From Alphaproteobacteria bacterium (lineage in GTDB: Bacteria > Pseudomonadota > Alphaproteobacteria > SMXQ01): DNA of 55,978 nt. The notes under the pieces were generated by a model. The model saw nothing but the letters and a program-made list of their open reading frames with translations. It was not told the DNA's origin and made no database searches. The stretch covers positions 1-55,978 of the forward strand of contig DASWKZ010000131.1 of the NCBI GenBank assembly GCA_036396355.1, given 5' to 3'. The translations under genes were made by a program, and so were the position numbers. Below are positions 26,308-36,294 of this stretch, in pieces; within the stretch, counting starts at the first letter, position 1, and the number at the start of each line of letters is the position of its first letter.

Positions 26308-27264
26308 ATGCCCACGTTCCTTGAATTCGAAAAACCGATCGCCGAGCTCGAGGGCAAGATCGAGGAGCTCCGGCACCTGGACAGCGGCGGCGACGTCAAC
26401 ATCGCCGAGGAGGTCTCCCGGCTGCAGGCGAAGGTCAACCGGCTGCTCGGGCAGACCTACGCCAACCTCACCCCGTGGCAGAAGGTCCAGGTCGCCCGCC
26501 ACCCCGAGCGGCCCCATTTCGTCGATTACGTGCGTCGCCTGATCGAGGACTTCACGCCGCTGGCGGGCGACCGGACCTTCGCCGAGGACGCCGCCGTGAT
26601 CGGGGGCCTCGGGCGGTTCCGGGGCCGCTCGGTGATGGTCATCGGCAACGAGAAGGGCTCCGACACCGAATCCCGTCTCAAGCACAATTTCGGCATGGCC
26701 CGCCCCGAGGGCTACCGCAAGGCGCGCCGGCTCATGGATCTCGCCGATCATTTCCGCCTGCCGGTGATCACCCTGGTGGACACCGCCGGGGCCTATCCCG
26801 GGGTCGGCGCCGAGGAGCGCGGCCAGGCCGAGGCCATCGCGCGTTCCATCGAGGCGTGCCTGCGCCTGCGGGTGCCCCTGGTCTCGGCCGTCATCGGCGA
26901 GGGCGGCTCCGGCGGCGCCATCGCCCTCGCCGCCGCCGACCGCGTGCTGATGCTGGAGCACGCCATCTATTCGGTGATCTCGCCCGAGGGTTGCGCCTCG
27001 ATCCTGTGGCGCACCGGCGACGCCGCCCAGCAGGCGGCCGAGGCCCTTCGCCTGACCGCCTCCGACCTCAAGTCGCTGGGGGTGGTCGACCGCGTCGTCG
27101 AGGAGCCCGTGGGCGGCGCCCACCGCAATCACGCGGAGGCGGTGCGCCGGCTGGGCGACGCCCTGGCCGACGCGCTCGGCGACATCGTGACGGTGGACGG
27201 CGGGGCGCTCCGCGCCCAGCGCCGCGAGAAGTTCCTGGAGATGGGGAAGGTCGGGCTCGACTAG
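26308..27264 (+). CDS. accA: acetyl-CoA carboxylase carboxyltransferase subunit alpha
   Basis: [66 protein letters not shown]-like [11 protein letters not shown]. Confidence 0.95.
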   Translation: MPTFLEFEKPIAELEGKIEELRHLDSGGDVNIAEEVSRLQAKVNRLLGQTYANLTPWQKVQVARHPERPHFVDYVRRLIEDFTPLAGDRTFAEDAAVIGGLGRFRGRSVMVIGNEKGSDTESRLKHNFGMARPEGYRKARRLMDLADHFRLPVITLVDTAGAYPGVGAEERGQAEAIARSIEACLRLRVPLVSAVIGEGGSGGAIALAAADRVLMLEHAIYSVISPEGCASILWRTGDAAQQAAEALRLTASDLKSLGVVDRVVEEPVGGAHRNHAEAVRRLGDALADALGDIVTVDGGALRAQRREKFLEMGKVGLD

Positions 27265-27305
27265 CCTCGGGACGGCCCGCCCGGCGCGGCCGCGCGCGGA
27301 AGGTC

Positions 27306-30047
27306 TCAGGCCAGCCGCCCGTGGCAGTGCTTGTACTTGCGGCCCGACCCGCAGGGGCAGGGCGCGTTCCTGGGGACCTTGCCCCAGCTGGCGGGGTCGT
27401 TGGGATCGAGCTCCTCGGCCTTGGCGTAGCGCACCGTGCGCGGCCGCTCCAGGAGGTCGGCGCCGCCACCGTCGCCGCCCACGTATCCGCCGCCGGCGAG
27501 CGCCGGATCCGTGCGGCCCTCGTGCATCTCCGGGGGGGCCTCCCGGGTGAGCGCGATCTCCTCGGGGGTCTCGAAGCTGACCTCGAGATGGCAAAGAACC
27601 GCGGTCACGTTCTCGCGCAGGCGCTCGAGCATCGCCTCGAACATGCTGAACGCCTCGGTCTTGTACTCGTTGAGGGGATCGCGCTGGGCGTAGGCCCGGA
27701 GGTTGATCCCCTGGCGCAGGTGGTCGAGGCTGAGCAGGTGGTCCTTCCAGGTCTGGTCCAGGATCTGCAGGAGCAGGCTCTTCTCCACCATGCGCATGAC
27801 CTCGGGCCCGTAGGTGGCCGCCTTCTCGGCCATCTTGCGGCCGGCCGCCTGGAGGATGCGCTCGCGGATCGCCTCGTCGGCGATGCCCTCCTCGCCCGCC
27901 CAGTCGGCGACGGGCAGATCGAGCGCGAGGATGCGCAGCCCCTCCTCGTGCAGGAGATGGGTGTCCCATTCCTCGGGATAGGCCTTCTCGGGGATGGCGC
28001 GGGCGACCATGTCGGCGATCACCTCCTCGCGCATGGCGGCGACGGTGTCGGAGACGTCGTCGCTCTCCATCAGCTCGATGCGCTGCTCGTAGATGACCTT
28101 GCGCTGGTCGTTCATCACGTCGTCGAAGCGCAGGAGGTTCTTGCGGATGTCGAAGTTGCGCGCCTCGACCTTCTCCTGGGCCTTCTGCAGGGCCTTGGTC
28201 ACCCACGGGTGGGTGATGGCCTCGCCCTCCTCGAGCCCCAGCCGCTGCAGCATGGTGTCCATGCGCTCGGAGCCGAAGATGCGCATGAGGTCGTCCTCGA
28301 GCGACAGGAAGAACTTGGAGGCCCCGGGGTCGCCCTGGCGGCCCGAGCGGCCGCGCAGCTGGTTGTCGATGCGCCGGGCCTCGTGGCGCTCCGAGCCGAT
28401 GACGAACAGCCCGCCGGCCTCGATCACCACCTTCCTGGCGGCCTCGACCTCGTCGCGGATGGCGGCGATGCGTTCCTCGCGCCCGGGCGCGTCGGCGACC
28501 TCGGCGAGCTCGGTCCTGACCCGCATGTCGACGTTGCCGCCGAGCTGGATGTCGGTGCCTCGGCCCGCCATGTTGGTGGCGATGGTGACGGTGCCGGGCT
28601 TGCCGGCCTGGGCGATAATCTGCGCCTCCTGCTCGTGATAGCGCGCGTTGAGCACGTTGTGCGGGATCTTGCGCCTCTTGAGCGCCGCCGACAGGGTCTC
28701 GGACTTCTCGATGGACACCGTGCCGACCAGCACCGGCTGCCGGCGCTCGTGGCACTCGGCGATCTGGTCGAGGATCGCCTCGGTCTTCTCGCCGGCGGTG
28801 CGGTAGACCTCGTCCTCGTGGTCGGCGCGGATGCAGGGCAGGTTGGTGGGCACCACGATGACACCGAGCTTGTAGATGCTCTCGAACTCCGCCGCCTCGG
28901 TCAGCGCCGTGCCGGTCATGCCGGCGAGCTTGGGATACATCCGGAAGTAGTTCTGGAAGGTGATGGAGGCGAGGGTCTGGTTCTCGCTCTCGATCTTGCA
29001 GCCCTCCTTCGCCTCGAGGGCCTGGTGCAGGCCCTCGGAGTAGCGCCGGCCCTCCATCATGCGACCGGTGAACTCGTCGACGATGACGACCCGGTCGTCC
29101 TTGACGAGGTAGTCCCGGTCGCGCTGGAACAGCTTGTGGGCACGCAGCGCCTGGTTGACGTGATGTACGAGGGCCACGTTCTCGAAGTCGTACAGGCCTC
29201 CGGCGGTCAGGAGCCCCGCTTCCCGCAGCAGCTCCTCCATGCGCTCGGCGCCGGACTCGGTGAGCGTCACCGCCTTGACCTTCTCGTCCATCTCGAAATG
29301 GGCGGCGTCGAGCCTGGGGATCAGGACATCCACCCGCCGGTAGAGCTCCGAGGAGTCCTCCACCGGGCCCGAGATGATCAGCGGCGTGCGCGCCTCGTCG
29401 ATCAGGATCGAATCGACCTCGTCGACGATGGCGTAGTTGAACGGGCGCTGGACCATCTCATCGAGCGAGAATTTCATGTTGTCGCGGAGATAGTCGAAAC
29501 CGAATTCGTTGTTGGTTCCATAGGCCACATCCGAGGCATAGGCCGCGCGCCGCTGTTCGTCGGTAAGTCCGTGGACGATGCAGCCGACGGAAAGCCCGAG
29601 GAACCTGTAGATCTGCCCCATCCACTCGGCGTCGCGCTGGGCCAGGTAGTCGTTCACGGTGACCACGTGGACGCCCTTGCCCGCGAGGGCGTTGAGATAG
29701 ACGGAAAGGGTGGCCACCAGGGTCTTGCCCTCGCCCGTCGCCATTTCGGCGATGGCCCCGGAATGCAGCACCATCCCGCCCAGGAGCTGCACGTCGAAAT
29801 GACGCTGGCCGAGGGTGCGCTTGGCCGCCTCGCGCACCGTGGCGAAGGCATCGACGAGCAGGTCGTCCAGGCCCTCGCCGTCGCGGGCGCGGGCCCGGAG
29901 GGCCTCGGTGCGGTCGCGGAGGGCGTCGTCGGACAAGGCCTCGAGGTCGCCCTCGAGCGCGTTGATGGCCGTGACCTGGGGCTCGTAGTTCCTGAGGACG
30001 CGCTCGTTATGGGTCCCGAAGATGCGCTTGGCGATGCTGGCGAGCAT
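27306..30047 (-). CDS. secA: preprotein translocase ATPase SecA
   Basis: The in-frame ATG at 30047 of ORF 27306..30176 gives [19 protein letters not shown]. Also present: [32 protein letters not shown], and the C-terminal zinc motif [14 protein letters not shown]. Confidence 0.97.
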   Translation of the reverse strand: MLASIAKRIFGTHNERVLRNYEPQVTAINALEGDLEALSDDALRDRTEALRARARDGEGLDDLLVDAFATVREAAKRTLGQRHFDVQLLGGMVLHSGAIAEMATGEGKTLVATLSVYLNALAGKGVHVVTVNDYLAQRDAEWMGQIYRFLGLSVGCIVHGLTDEQRRAAYASDVAYGTNNEFGFDYLRDNMKFSLDEMVQRPFNYAIVDEVDSILIDEARTPLIISGPVEDSSELYRRVDVLIPRLDAAHFEMDEKVKAVTLTESGAERMEELLREAGLLTAGGLYDFENVALVHHVNQALRAHKLFQRDRDYLVKDDRVVIVDEFTGRMMEGRRYSEGLHQALEAKEGCKIESENQTLASITFQNYFRMYPKLAGMTGTALTEAAEFESIYKLGVIVVPTNLPCIRADHEDEVYRTAGEKTEAILDQIAECHERRQPVLVGTVSIEKSETLSAALKRRKIPHNVLNARYHEQEAQIIAQAGKPGTVTIATNMAGRGTDIQLGGNVDMRVRTELAEVADAPGREERIAAIRDEVEAARKVVIEAGGLFVIGSERHEARRIDNQLRGRSGRQGDPGASKFFLSLEDDLMRIFGSERMDTMLQRLGLEEGEAITHPWVTKALQKAQEKVEARNFDIRKNLLRFDDVMNDQRKVIYEQRIELMESDDVSDTVAAMREEVIADMVARAIPEKAYPEEWDTHLLHEEGLRILALDLPVADWAGEEGIADEAIRERILQAAGRKMAEKAATYGPEVMRMVEKSLLLQILDQTWKDHLLSLDHLRQGINLRAYAQRDPLNEYKTEAFSMFEAMLERLRENVTAVLCHLEVSFETPEEIALTREAPPEMHEGRTDPALAGGGYVGGDGGGADLLERPRTVRYAKAEELDPNDPASWGKVPRNAPCPCGSGRKYKHCHGRLA

Positions 30048-30300
30048 GGAGCGTTCCCGTTGGCGCGGCGGCGGCCGCTTCCCGACGGCCGGAAGGCGTA
30101 TGGGTGTTGGAGAGAGATAGAGACGGCACACTCTCCTGTCAACGCCGGGCGGGGCGCCGATTCTCCCCGGATTCACGGAATATTCATGGAAGGCGGCCGG
30201 CCCCGTGGTAGTCTGGCCTCATCCGGTCCGGGTCCCGGGCGCGGATGGCCGGCCGGGGGCACGCCCGCGGCGCTCATTCCGATTGGGAGATATCCAGGAC

Positions 30301-31218
30301 ATGAACTCGCTCCGCGCCCACCCGCGCGGCGCCCGCGCCGCTCAGTGCCTCGCGCTCGCCCTTGCCGCCGCCATCTGCGCCGCCGCCGCGTCGGCCCAGC
30401 CGGCGGGCGACTCCCCGCCCGACCCGGTGGCGGCGCGGGTGGACGACAAGGAGATTCGCCAGTCCGACATCGCCGCCGCGGTCGATGGACTGCCCCCGCA
30501 ATACGCGAATCTGCCGCCGGAGACCCTCTACCGCGCCATCCTCGAGCAGATGATCGACCGTGAGCTGATCGCCGCCCGCGCCCGGGCGGCCGACCTCCAC
30601 AAGGACAAGGACGTGATCCGGACCCTGCGGCTGATCGAGAACCAGGTTCTCGAGCAGGTCTATCTGCAGCGGCTGGTCTCGGCGAAGCTGGATGAGCGGA
30701 CGCTCAGGATCCAGTACGACAAGGACAAGGACACGCTCGCCCGCGACAAGCAGGTCCGTGCCCGGCATATCCTGCTGAGGACGCGGGACGAGGCGGTCGC
30801 GGCCATCGCCGAGCTCGACCGCGGCAAGGACTTCGCCGAGCTCGCGCGCGAGCGGTCGATCGATCCGGGCAAGGCCCAGGGCGGCGACCTCGGCTATTTC
30901 ACCCGGGACCAGATGGTGGCCCCGTTCTCGGCCGCGGCGTTCGCCCTGCGCAAGGGGGAGGTGTCCCGCGCGCCGGTTCAGACCCAGTTCGGCTGGCACG
31001 TGATCATGGTCGAGGACATCCGCGACGCCGCCCCGCCCCCCTTCGAGGAGGTGAAGGAGGAGATTCGGCGCAAGATGGCGGGCGCCCTGGTCGAGCGCGA
31101 GATCGAGCGCCTGCGCAAGGGTGCCAAGATCGAGCGCCTCGGCGAATTCGCGCCGCCGACCGCCGCGCCGGGCTTGGCCCCGGCCCCCGCCCCGGTCCCC
31201 GCGGAACCGGCGAAGTAG
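30301..31218 (+). CDS. periplasmic parvulin-type peptidyl-prolyl isomerase (SurA/PpiC-like)
   Basis: The in-frame ATG at 30301 gives a signal peptide ([21 protein letters not shown]). PpiC domain: [10 protein letters not shown]...[16 protein letters not shown]...[14 protein letters not shown]. Confidence 0.85.
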   Translation: MNSLRAHPRGARAAQCLALALAAAICAAAASAQPAGDSPPDPVAARVDDKEIRQSDIAAAVDGLPPQYANLPPETLYRAILEQMIDRELIAARARAADLHKDKDVIRTLRLIENQVLEQVYLQRLVSAKLDERTLRIQYDKDKDTLARDKQVRARHILLRTRDEAVAAIAELDRGKDFAELARERSIDPGKAQGGDLGYFTRDQMVAPFSAAAFALRKGEVSRAPVQTQFGWHVIMVEDIRDAAPPPFEEVKEEIRRKMAGALVEREIERLRKGAKIERLGEFAPPTAAPGLAPAPAPVPAEPAK

Positions 31219-31320
31219 ACCCCCCCCGCGAGAACAGTTGGAAAAACCCGGCGCCTGCGCTATGCCCTAGGCGCCGCCGGGACCCCGGCGGCGGCCCCGC
31301 CATCACCATCAGGACCGGAC

Positions 31321-32559
31321 ATGGCCAGCCTATCGCCCTTCGCTCCCAAGCGATTCCCGCGCCTCCCCGCGGTCGGAGGCGTTCGCCTCGCCGCCGGCGC
31401 CTGCGGCATCCGCCGCAACGGGCGCAGGGACCTGATGCTGGTCGAGTTGGCCGCGGGGACGACCGTGGCCGGCGCCTTCACGCGTTCGCGGACGGTGGCG
31501 CCGTCGGTGGTGTGGAACAGGCGGGCGGCGCGGCGCGGCCTCGCCCGCGCCATCGTCGCCAATTCCGGCAACGCCAACGCGTTCACCGGCGAGGCCGGCA
31601 TGGACGCGGTCCGCGCCACGGCGGCGGCGGCGGCCAAGCGGTTTGCCTGCCCGCCGGGACAGGTCTTCATGTGCTCGACCGGGGTCATCGGCGAGCCGCT
31701 GCCGGTCGCGCGCATTCTCGACGCGCTGCCCCGTCTCGCGGACGGGCTCGATCCGAAGGCGTGGCCCGAGGCCGCCGAGTCCATCCGCACCACCGACACC
31801 TTCGCCAAGGGCGCTTCGGCGGTGGCGCGGATCGGCGGCGTGCCGGTGCGCATCGCCGGCATCGCCAAGGGCTCCGGGATGATCGCCCCCAACATGGCCA
31901 CCATGCTCGCCTTCGTCTTCACCGACGCGAAGGTCCCGGCAAGGGTCCTCAAGGCCCTCCTCGATCCGGCGGTGGAGGCGAGCTTCAACGCCATCACCGT
32001 GGATTCCGACACCTCGACCTCCGACACCGTGCTGCTGGCGGCGACGGGAAGGGGCCCGCGGCATCCCCCGGTGCACGGCGCGGCCAGCCCGCTGCTGGCG
32101 GATTTCCGCGCCACGCTGCAGCAGGTGCTGACCGACCTCGCCCACCAGATCGTGAAGGACGGCGAGGGCGCCGAGAAGTTCATCACCGTCACCGTCACCG
32201 GCGCGGCCAGCGACCGCGCCGCCAAGGCGATCGCGCTGTCGATCGCCAATTCGCCCCTGGTCAAGACCGCCTTCGCCGGGGGCGACCCCAACTGGGGGCG
32301 GGTGGTGATGGCGGTGGGCAAGGCCGGCCAGAGGATCGATCCCGGGCGGCTCCGCATCGCCATCGGCGGGGTGCGGATCACCGAGCATGGCCGCGTCCGG
32401 CCCGGCTACGACGAGCGGCCCGTGGCCCGCCACCTCAAGGGGCGGGAGATCGCCATCGAGGTCGACGTGGGCGTGCGCGGCGGGCGCGGCCGGGCGCGGG
32501 TGTGGACCTGCGACTTCACCCATGGCTACATCTCCATCAATGCCGACTACCGCAGCTGA
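31321..32559 (+). CDS. argJ: bifunctional glutamate N-acetyltransferase / amino-acid acetyltransferase
   Basis: 412 aa. Motifs: GIAKGSGMIAPNMATMLAFVFTDA (autocleavage site) and DPNWGRVVMAVG. Confidence 0.93.
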   Translation: MASLSPFAPKRFPRLPAVGGVRLAAGACGIRRNGRRDLMLVELAAGTTVAGAFTRSRTVAPSVVWNRRAARRGLARAIVANSGNANAFTGEAGMDAVRATAAAAAKRFACPPGQVFMCSTGVIGEPLPVARILDALPRLADGLDPKAWPEAAESIRTTDTFAKGASAVARIGGVPVRIAGIAKGSGMIAPNMATMLAFVFTDAKVPARVLKALLDPAVEASFNAITVDSDTSTSDTVLLAATGRGPRHPPVHGAASPLLADFRATLQQVLTDLAHQIVKDGEGAEKFITVTVTGAASDRAAKAIALSIANSPLVKTAFAGGDPNWGRVVMAVGKAGQRIDPGRLRIAIGGVRITEHGRVRPGYDERPVARHLKGREIAIEVDVGVRGGRGRARVWTCDFTHGYISINADYRS

Positions 32560-33094
32560 CGAGTCCGGCGGTCCCCGGCTCGCCACCGGGCGGCTCCGTC
32601 TGCGCCCGGTGAGCGACGCCGATGTCGCGGTCATCGCCGAGCTCGCCGACGATCCCGAGGTGGCGGGACGCACCGGCAGCATCCCCTATCCTCTGAGCGA
32701 GGACGAGGCACAGGCCTGGTTCCGCTCCCATCTCGGCGAGGAGGGCGAGACCCTGTTCGCCATCGAGCGGACCGAGGACGGCGCCTTCCTCGGGGTGATC
32801 GGCCTCGGCGTCGCCCCCGGCGCGCGGCGGGGCTCGGTGGGATTCTGGCTGGCCCGGCCCCATTGGGGTCGCGGCTACATGACCGAGGCGGTCGCCGCGG
32901 TCCTCGCCCACGCCTTCGCCGCCATGGGGCTCGACGCCGTCGAGGCCGAGGTGTTCAACGACAACGCCGCCTCGCTCCGGGTCCTGGAGAAGGCGGGATT
33001 CCGCTGGGTCGGCGTGGCCGAGCGCGACTTCCCCGCCCGCGGCGGGCGGCGCAAGGTGGTGCGGCTCGAGCGCCGGCGGCCGGTGGCGCCGTGA
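32540..33094 (+). CDS. GNAT family N-acetyltransferase (RimJ/RimL-like)
   Basis: The in-frame ATG at 32540 of ORF 32387..33094 overlaps the argJ end by 20 nt. Motifs: LRLRPVSDADVAVIAEL and WLARPHWGRGYMTEAVAAVLAHAF...NAASLRVLEKAGF. Confidence 0.8.
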   Translation: MPTTAADESGGPRLATGRLRLRPVSDADVAVIAELADDPEVAGRTGSIPYPLSEDEAQAWFRSHLGEEGETLFAIERTEDGAFLGVIGLGVAPGARRGSVGFWLARPHWGRGYMTEAVAAVLAHAFAAMGLDAVEAEVFNDNAASLRVLEKAGFRWVGVAERDFPARGGRRKVVRLERRRPVAP

Positions 33095-33498
33095 CCGCCC
33101 GGCCGGTCACCGTGGTGGCGGCGGTCGTCCTCATCGACGGCGACGGCCGCGTGCTCATCGCCCGGCGGCCCGAGGGCAAGCCCATGGCCGGCCTGTGGGA
33201 GTTCCCCGGGGGCAAGCTGGGCGAGGGCGAGACGCCGGAGGCGGCGCTGGTCCGCGAGCTGCGCGAGGAGCTGGGCATCGAGGTGTGCGAGACCTGCCTG
33301 AGCCCGCTCACCTTCGCCTCCCATGCCTATGGGGATTTCCACCTGCTGATGCCGCTCTACCAGTGCCGGGTCTGGAAGGGCGTCCCGACGCCGCGCGAGG
33401 GGCAGGAGATCCGCTGGGTCCATCCCGAGCGCCTGGCGGCGCTGCCGATGCCGCCCGCCGACGCGCCGCTGGTCGCCGCCCTGCGCGACCGGCTCTAG
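33091..33498 (+). CDS. mutT: 8-oxo-dGTP diphosphatase (Nudix, MutT-type)
   Basis: GTG 33091 overlaps the GNAT stop (GTGA). Nudix box GGKLGEGETPEAALVRELREELG. LWEFPGG and the C-terminal PPADAPLV are typical of MutT. Confidence 0.85.
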   Translation: MTARPVTVVAAVVLIDGDGRVLIARRPEGKPMAGLWEFPGGKLGEGETPEAALVRELREELGIEVCETCLSPLTFASHAYGDFHLLMPLYQCRVWKGVPTPREGQEIRWVHPERLAALPMPPADAPLVAALRDRL

Positions 33499-33549
33499 GC
33501 CGCGGGCCGTTCCGCCGCAATTCCGACATAGTGTGGTGGGACGGTGGCG

Positions 33550-33605
33550 GATATTTACATAACGATATCAAATTTTGTCAAAATAGTGGCTGTCTTATAC
33601 ATAAC
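33550..33605 (+). promoter_or_regulatory. AT-rich putative promoter/operator block upstream of the small peptide gene
   Basis: A block of about 110 bp with low G+C (33545-33660). It contains TATTTACA (33552-33559, the same 8-mer as the aroK/cysH promoters), TTGTCA (33575-33580) followed by TATACA/TACATA 15-17 nt later, and a triple ACATAAC repeat. The exact -35/-10 assignment is ambiguous. Confidence 0.35.
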
Positions 33606-33744
33606 ATAACAAGTAGAAATGCGGATGATTATTTTATTGTTCTTTACTTTCCATAGAAAAGGAGTAGATTCGACCACATCCGGCAGACCGCATTCTGCCG
33701 GCCGCGACGGGAGGACCGCCGCAATCTCGTCTACGGAGAAAAAG

Positions 33745-33924
33745 ATGACCAAGACGATCCTGACGGCGCTTGCCGTTCTGTTTGCGCTCGGCACGCCGGC
33801 GTTCGCCGCTATCGGCGGCGACGCGAAGGGCGCCGTGTACCAGGAGGAGCCCGCCACCAATCCCGAGCAGCCCCAGCCCGAGGGTGAGGGCGAGGGCGGC
33901 GGCGGCGGTGGCGGTGGCGACTAA
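33745..33924 (+). CDS. small secreted acidic Gly/Glu/Pro-rich peptide precursor (59 aa), unknown function
   Basis: The in-frame ATG at 33745 of ORF 33619..33924 is preceded by GGAGAAAAAG. Signal peptide MTKTILTALAVLFALGTPAFA then AIGG. The 38-aa mature part is AIGGDAKGAVYQEEPATNPEQPQPEGEGEGGGGGGGGD. It is followed by a strong terminator. Confidence 0.6.
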   Translation: MTKTILTALAVLFALGTPAFAAIGGDAKGAVYQEEPATNPEQPQPEGEGEGGGGGGGGD

Positions 33925-34012
33925 CCACCCATACGTGCCCGTTGGGCGGGTTGACTAGGGTGCAGTTGGGCCTCCCATAGCCCAACCCCCGCAACCCGCT
34001 GGAGTTCAAGGG

Positions 34013-34050
34013 CCGGCGCGGTCTTTATGACCGCGCCGGTTCTTCTTTTC
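34013..34050 (+). terminator. rho-independent terminator of the small peptide gene
   Basis: CCGGCGCGGTC-TTTAT-GACCGCGCCGG perfect 11-bp stem followed by TTCTTCTTTTC. There is no U-tract on the opposite strand, so it acts on the plus strand only. Confidence 0.8.
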
Positions 34051-34067
34051 TGCGCCGCCGCCGTCCG

Positions 34068-34997
34068 TCAGTTGCGCCGGGGACTCCCCGGGCGGGGCAC
34101 GGTGTCCCCGGCGGGGCGTTCCTCCGTGCCGAGGGCGGTGGCGAGGCGGGCGCGGGCGCTACCCGGGCTGAGCGCCTTCTGCTGGCCCGGGCCCGGCGCC
34201 CAGGCGGCGATCCACATCACCTCGAAGGTGGCCTCGATGCGGCCGTCGGCGCCGCGCGGGTATTGCGCCCAGGATCGGACCAGGGTCGCCCGCCGGGTCG
34301 GTCCCCGGCGGCGCTCGGCGACGGCGTTGGCCTCGCCCATGCCGGCGAGGTCGCGCATGAGCCGCAGCGGGGTTTCGTAGCTCACCCGGACGGTGTCGAG
34401 GTCGGCGACCGGCAGGGCGAAGCCCGCCCGCGCCAGCAGGTCGCCGAGGTCGCGCAGGTCGGCGAAGGGGGCGACCCGGGGCGAGGCGCCGCCCTCGACG
34501 GCGAGCTCGGCCTCGGTCATGGCCGCGCGCAGCTCGGCCAGGGTTCCCGCCCCGAACAGCGACGCCAGCAGCAGGCCGTCGGGCGCGAGCACGCGGCGGA
34601 TCTGGACCAAGGCGCCCGGCAGGTCGTTCACCCAGTGCAGGCTCAGGTTGCTGACCGCGAGATCGAACGCGGCGTCGGCGAAGGGCAGGGCCTCCTCGTC
34701 GGCGGCGCAGGTGGCGAGGCCGTTGGCCGCCCTGGCGGCGGCGGCCATGGCCGGGGAGAGGTCGCATTGCACCACCCCCTCGATGCCGTCGCGGGCGGCG
34801 AGGGCGGCGCCGAGCCCGCCCGCGTGGCAGCCGAGGTCGAGGGCCAGCCGGAAGCGCCGCCGCAGGTCGTCGAGGCGTCCGGCGAGCCGCTCCGCCGCCT
34901 CCCGGAACAGGAAGTCGTGCGCGGCGAAGTCGCGGGCGGCACGATCCCGGTGCAGGCGCACGGCACGGCGGTCGAAGGGCGCGACGGGTCCGGTCAT
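34068..34997 (-). CDS. SAM-dependent methyltransferase (BioC/NDUFAF5-like)
   Basis: 309 aa. Motifs: ALDLGCHAGGLG (motif I), FDLAVSNLSLHWVNDLPGAL, LAPDGLLLASLFG. Confidence 0.8.
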   Translation of the reverse strand: MTGPVAPFDRRAVRLHRDRAARDFAAHDFLFREAAERLAGRLDDLRRRFRLALDLGCHAGGLGAALAARDGIEGVVQCDLSPAMAAAARAANGLATCAADEEALPFADAAFDLAVSNLSLHWVNDLPGALVQIRRVLAPDGLLLASLFGAGTLAELRAAMTEAELAVEGGASPRVAPFADLRDLGDLLARAGFALPVADLDTVRVSYETPLRLMRDLAGMGEANAVAERRRGPTRRATLVRSWAQYPRGADGRIEATFEVMWIAAWAPGPGQQKALSPGSARARLATALGTEERPAGDTVPRPGSPRRN

Positions 34998-35128
34998 GGG
35001 CGATTCATGGCACGGCCGGGCGCCCGGGAAAAGACGCGGGGCCCGGGGGGGCTCATTGCCGCCGGTGAGGCTCCCCTCGGACCGGCGCGCCGATTGACAC
35101 GCTCACCTCCCTCCGCTCCAATCCGCCC

Positions 35129-35917
35129 ATGTCCGCGCCCGGCGCTTCCGGCAGCCGACTCGTCGCGCCCCTGGCGGGGCTCGGCCGCGTCGCGCTCGAT
35201 CTCCTGCTGCCGCCGCAATGCCTCGCCTGCGGCGCCTTCGTCGCCGACGAGGGCGCCCTGTGCGCCGATTGCTGGGAGCGGATCTCCTTCCTCACCCGGC
35301 CGTTCTGCGGCCGGTGCGGCTATCCGTTCGAGCTGGGCGAGTCCACGGCCGCCGACGGGGGCACCGGGGAGCCGCTGTGCGGGGCCTGCATCCGCACGCC
35401 GCCGCCCTACGAGCGGGCCCGCGCGGTGTTCCGCTACGACGATGCGAGCCGCGGCCTGGTCATCGGCTTCAAGCACGCCGACCGGACCCGGGGCGCCGGT
35501 GCCTTCGCGGCGTGGATGGCGCGGGCCGGCGCCGAGCTCCTGGCGGAGGCCGACGTGGTCGTGCCGGTCCCCCTCCACCGCTGGCGCCTGTTCGCCCGGC
35601 GCTACAACCAGGCGGCGCTGCTGGCGCTGGCCCTGTCGCGCGCCTCGGGCCGGCCGGCGGCGGTGGATGCGCTCGGGCGCGTGCGCGCGACCCCCTCCCA
35701 GGGCCGGCTCGGCCGCCGCCGGCGGCGCCTCAACGTCCGGGGCGCGTTCGCCGTGCCCGGGCGCCGGGCGCCGGCTATCGCCGGGAGGCGGGTGCTGCTG
35801 GTTGACGACGTGCTGACCACCGGGGCGACGGCCGAATCGGCGAGCCGCGCGCTTTTGCGGGCCGGCGCGGCGGCGGTGGACGTCCTCACCCTCGCCCGCG
35901 TGGTGCGCGGCGCGTGA
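35129..35917 (+). CDS. comF: ComF family phosphoribosyltransferase-like protein
   Basis: N-terminal Cys pairs (CLACG...CADCW, CGRCG...CGAC). C-terminal PRTase motif VLLVDDVLTTGATA. Confidence 0.85.
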   Translation: MSAPGASGSRLVAPLAGLGRVALDLLLPPQCLACGAFVADEGALCADCWERISFLTRPFCGRCGYPFELGESTAADGGTGEPLCGACIRTPPPYERARAVFRYDDASRGLVIGFKHADRTRGAGAFAAWMARAGAELLAEADVVVPVPLHRWRLFARRYNQAALLALALSRASGRPAAVDALGRVRATPSQGRLGRRRRRLNVRGAFAVPGRRAPAIAGRRVLLVDDVLTTGATAESASRALLRAGAAAVDVLTLARVVRGA

Positions 35918-36009
35918 GGACGCTCCGGGCGGGGCGGTGACAGGGCCGGCGATGCGCCCTATATATGCGCCCTATATAGATGAGCGGATATTCCCGGACG
36001 CGAGTTCCC

Positions 36010-36294
36010 ATGCCGAAGATCGAAATCTACGCCTCCATGTGGTGCGGCTATTGCCGGCGCGCCAAGGCGCTGCTCGACGCCAAGGGCGTCAGCTACGTGG
36101 AGCACGATGTCGACAGCGATCCCAGGGGCCGCGGAGCCATGGTGGCGCGCGGCGGCGGCGGCACCGTCCCGCAGATCTTCGTCGACGGGCGTCCCATCGG
36201 GGGGTGGGATGAATTGGTCGCCCTCGAGCGGCAGGGGAAACTCGATGCCGTCCTTGGCCTCGCCGGCGGGACGGCGGCCCATGGCGCGGGCTGA
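36010..36294 (+). CDS. grxC: glutaredoxin 3
   Basis: The in-frame ATG at 36010 gives MPKIEIYASMWCGYCRRAKALLDAKGVSY...TVPQIFVDGRPIGGWDEL (CGYC active site). Confidence 0.9.
   Translation: MPKIEIYASMWCGYCRRAKALLDAKGVSYVEHDVDSDPRGRGAMVARGGGGTVPQIFVDGRPIGGWDELVALERQGKLDAVLGLAGGTAAHGAG

Noticed and set aside
26475-30563. 1362-aa plus-strand ORF (and the 825-aa minus ORF 26278..28755)
   Set aside because: These ORFs lie in wrong frames or antisense relative to accA and secA, whose products are unmistakable. Their composition is low complexity and they have no recognisable domains.
33619-33744. Upstream in-frame start (MRMIILLFFTFHRKG...) that would give a 101-aa version of the small peptide
   Set aside because: This start lies inside the AT-rich promoter-like block and has no SD. 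The extension would place the hydrophobic signal sequence internally. ATG 33745 has a good SD and yields a canonical signal peptide.
33896-33919. GGC/GGT tandem repeat as a non-coding microsatellite
   Set aside because: It lies in frame within the small peptide ORF and encodes the Gly8 tract. It is kept only as a note on possible length variation.
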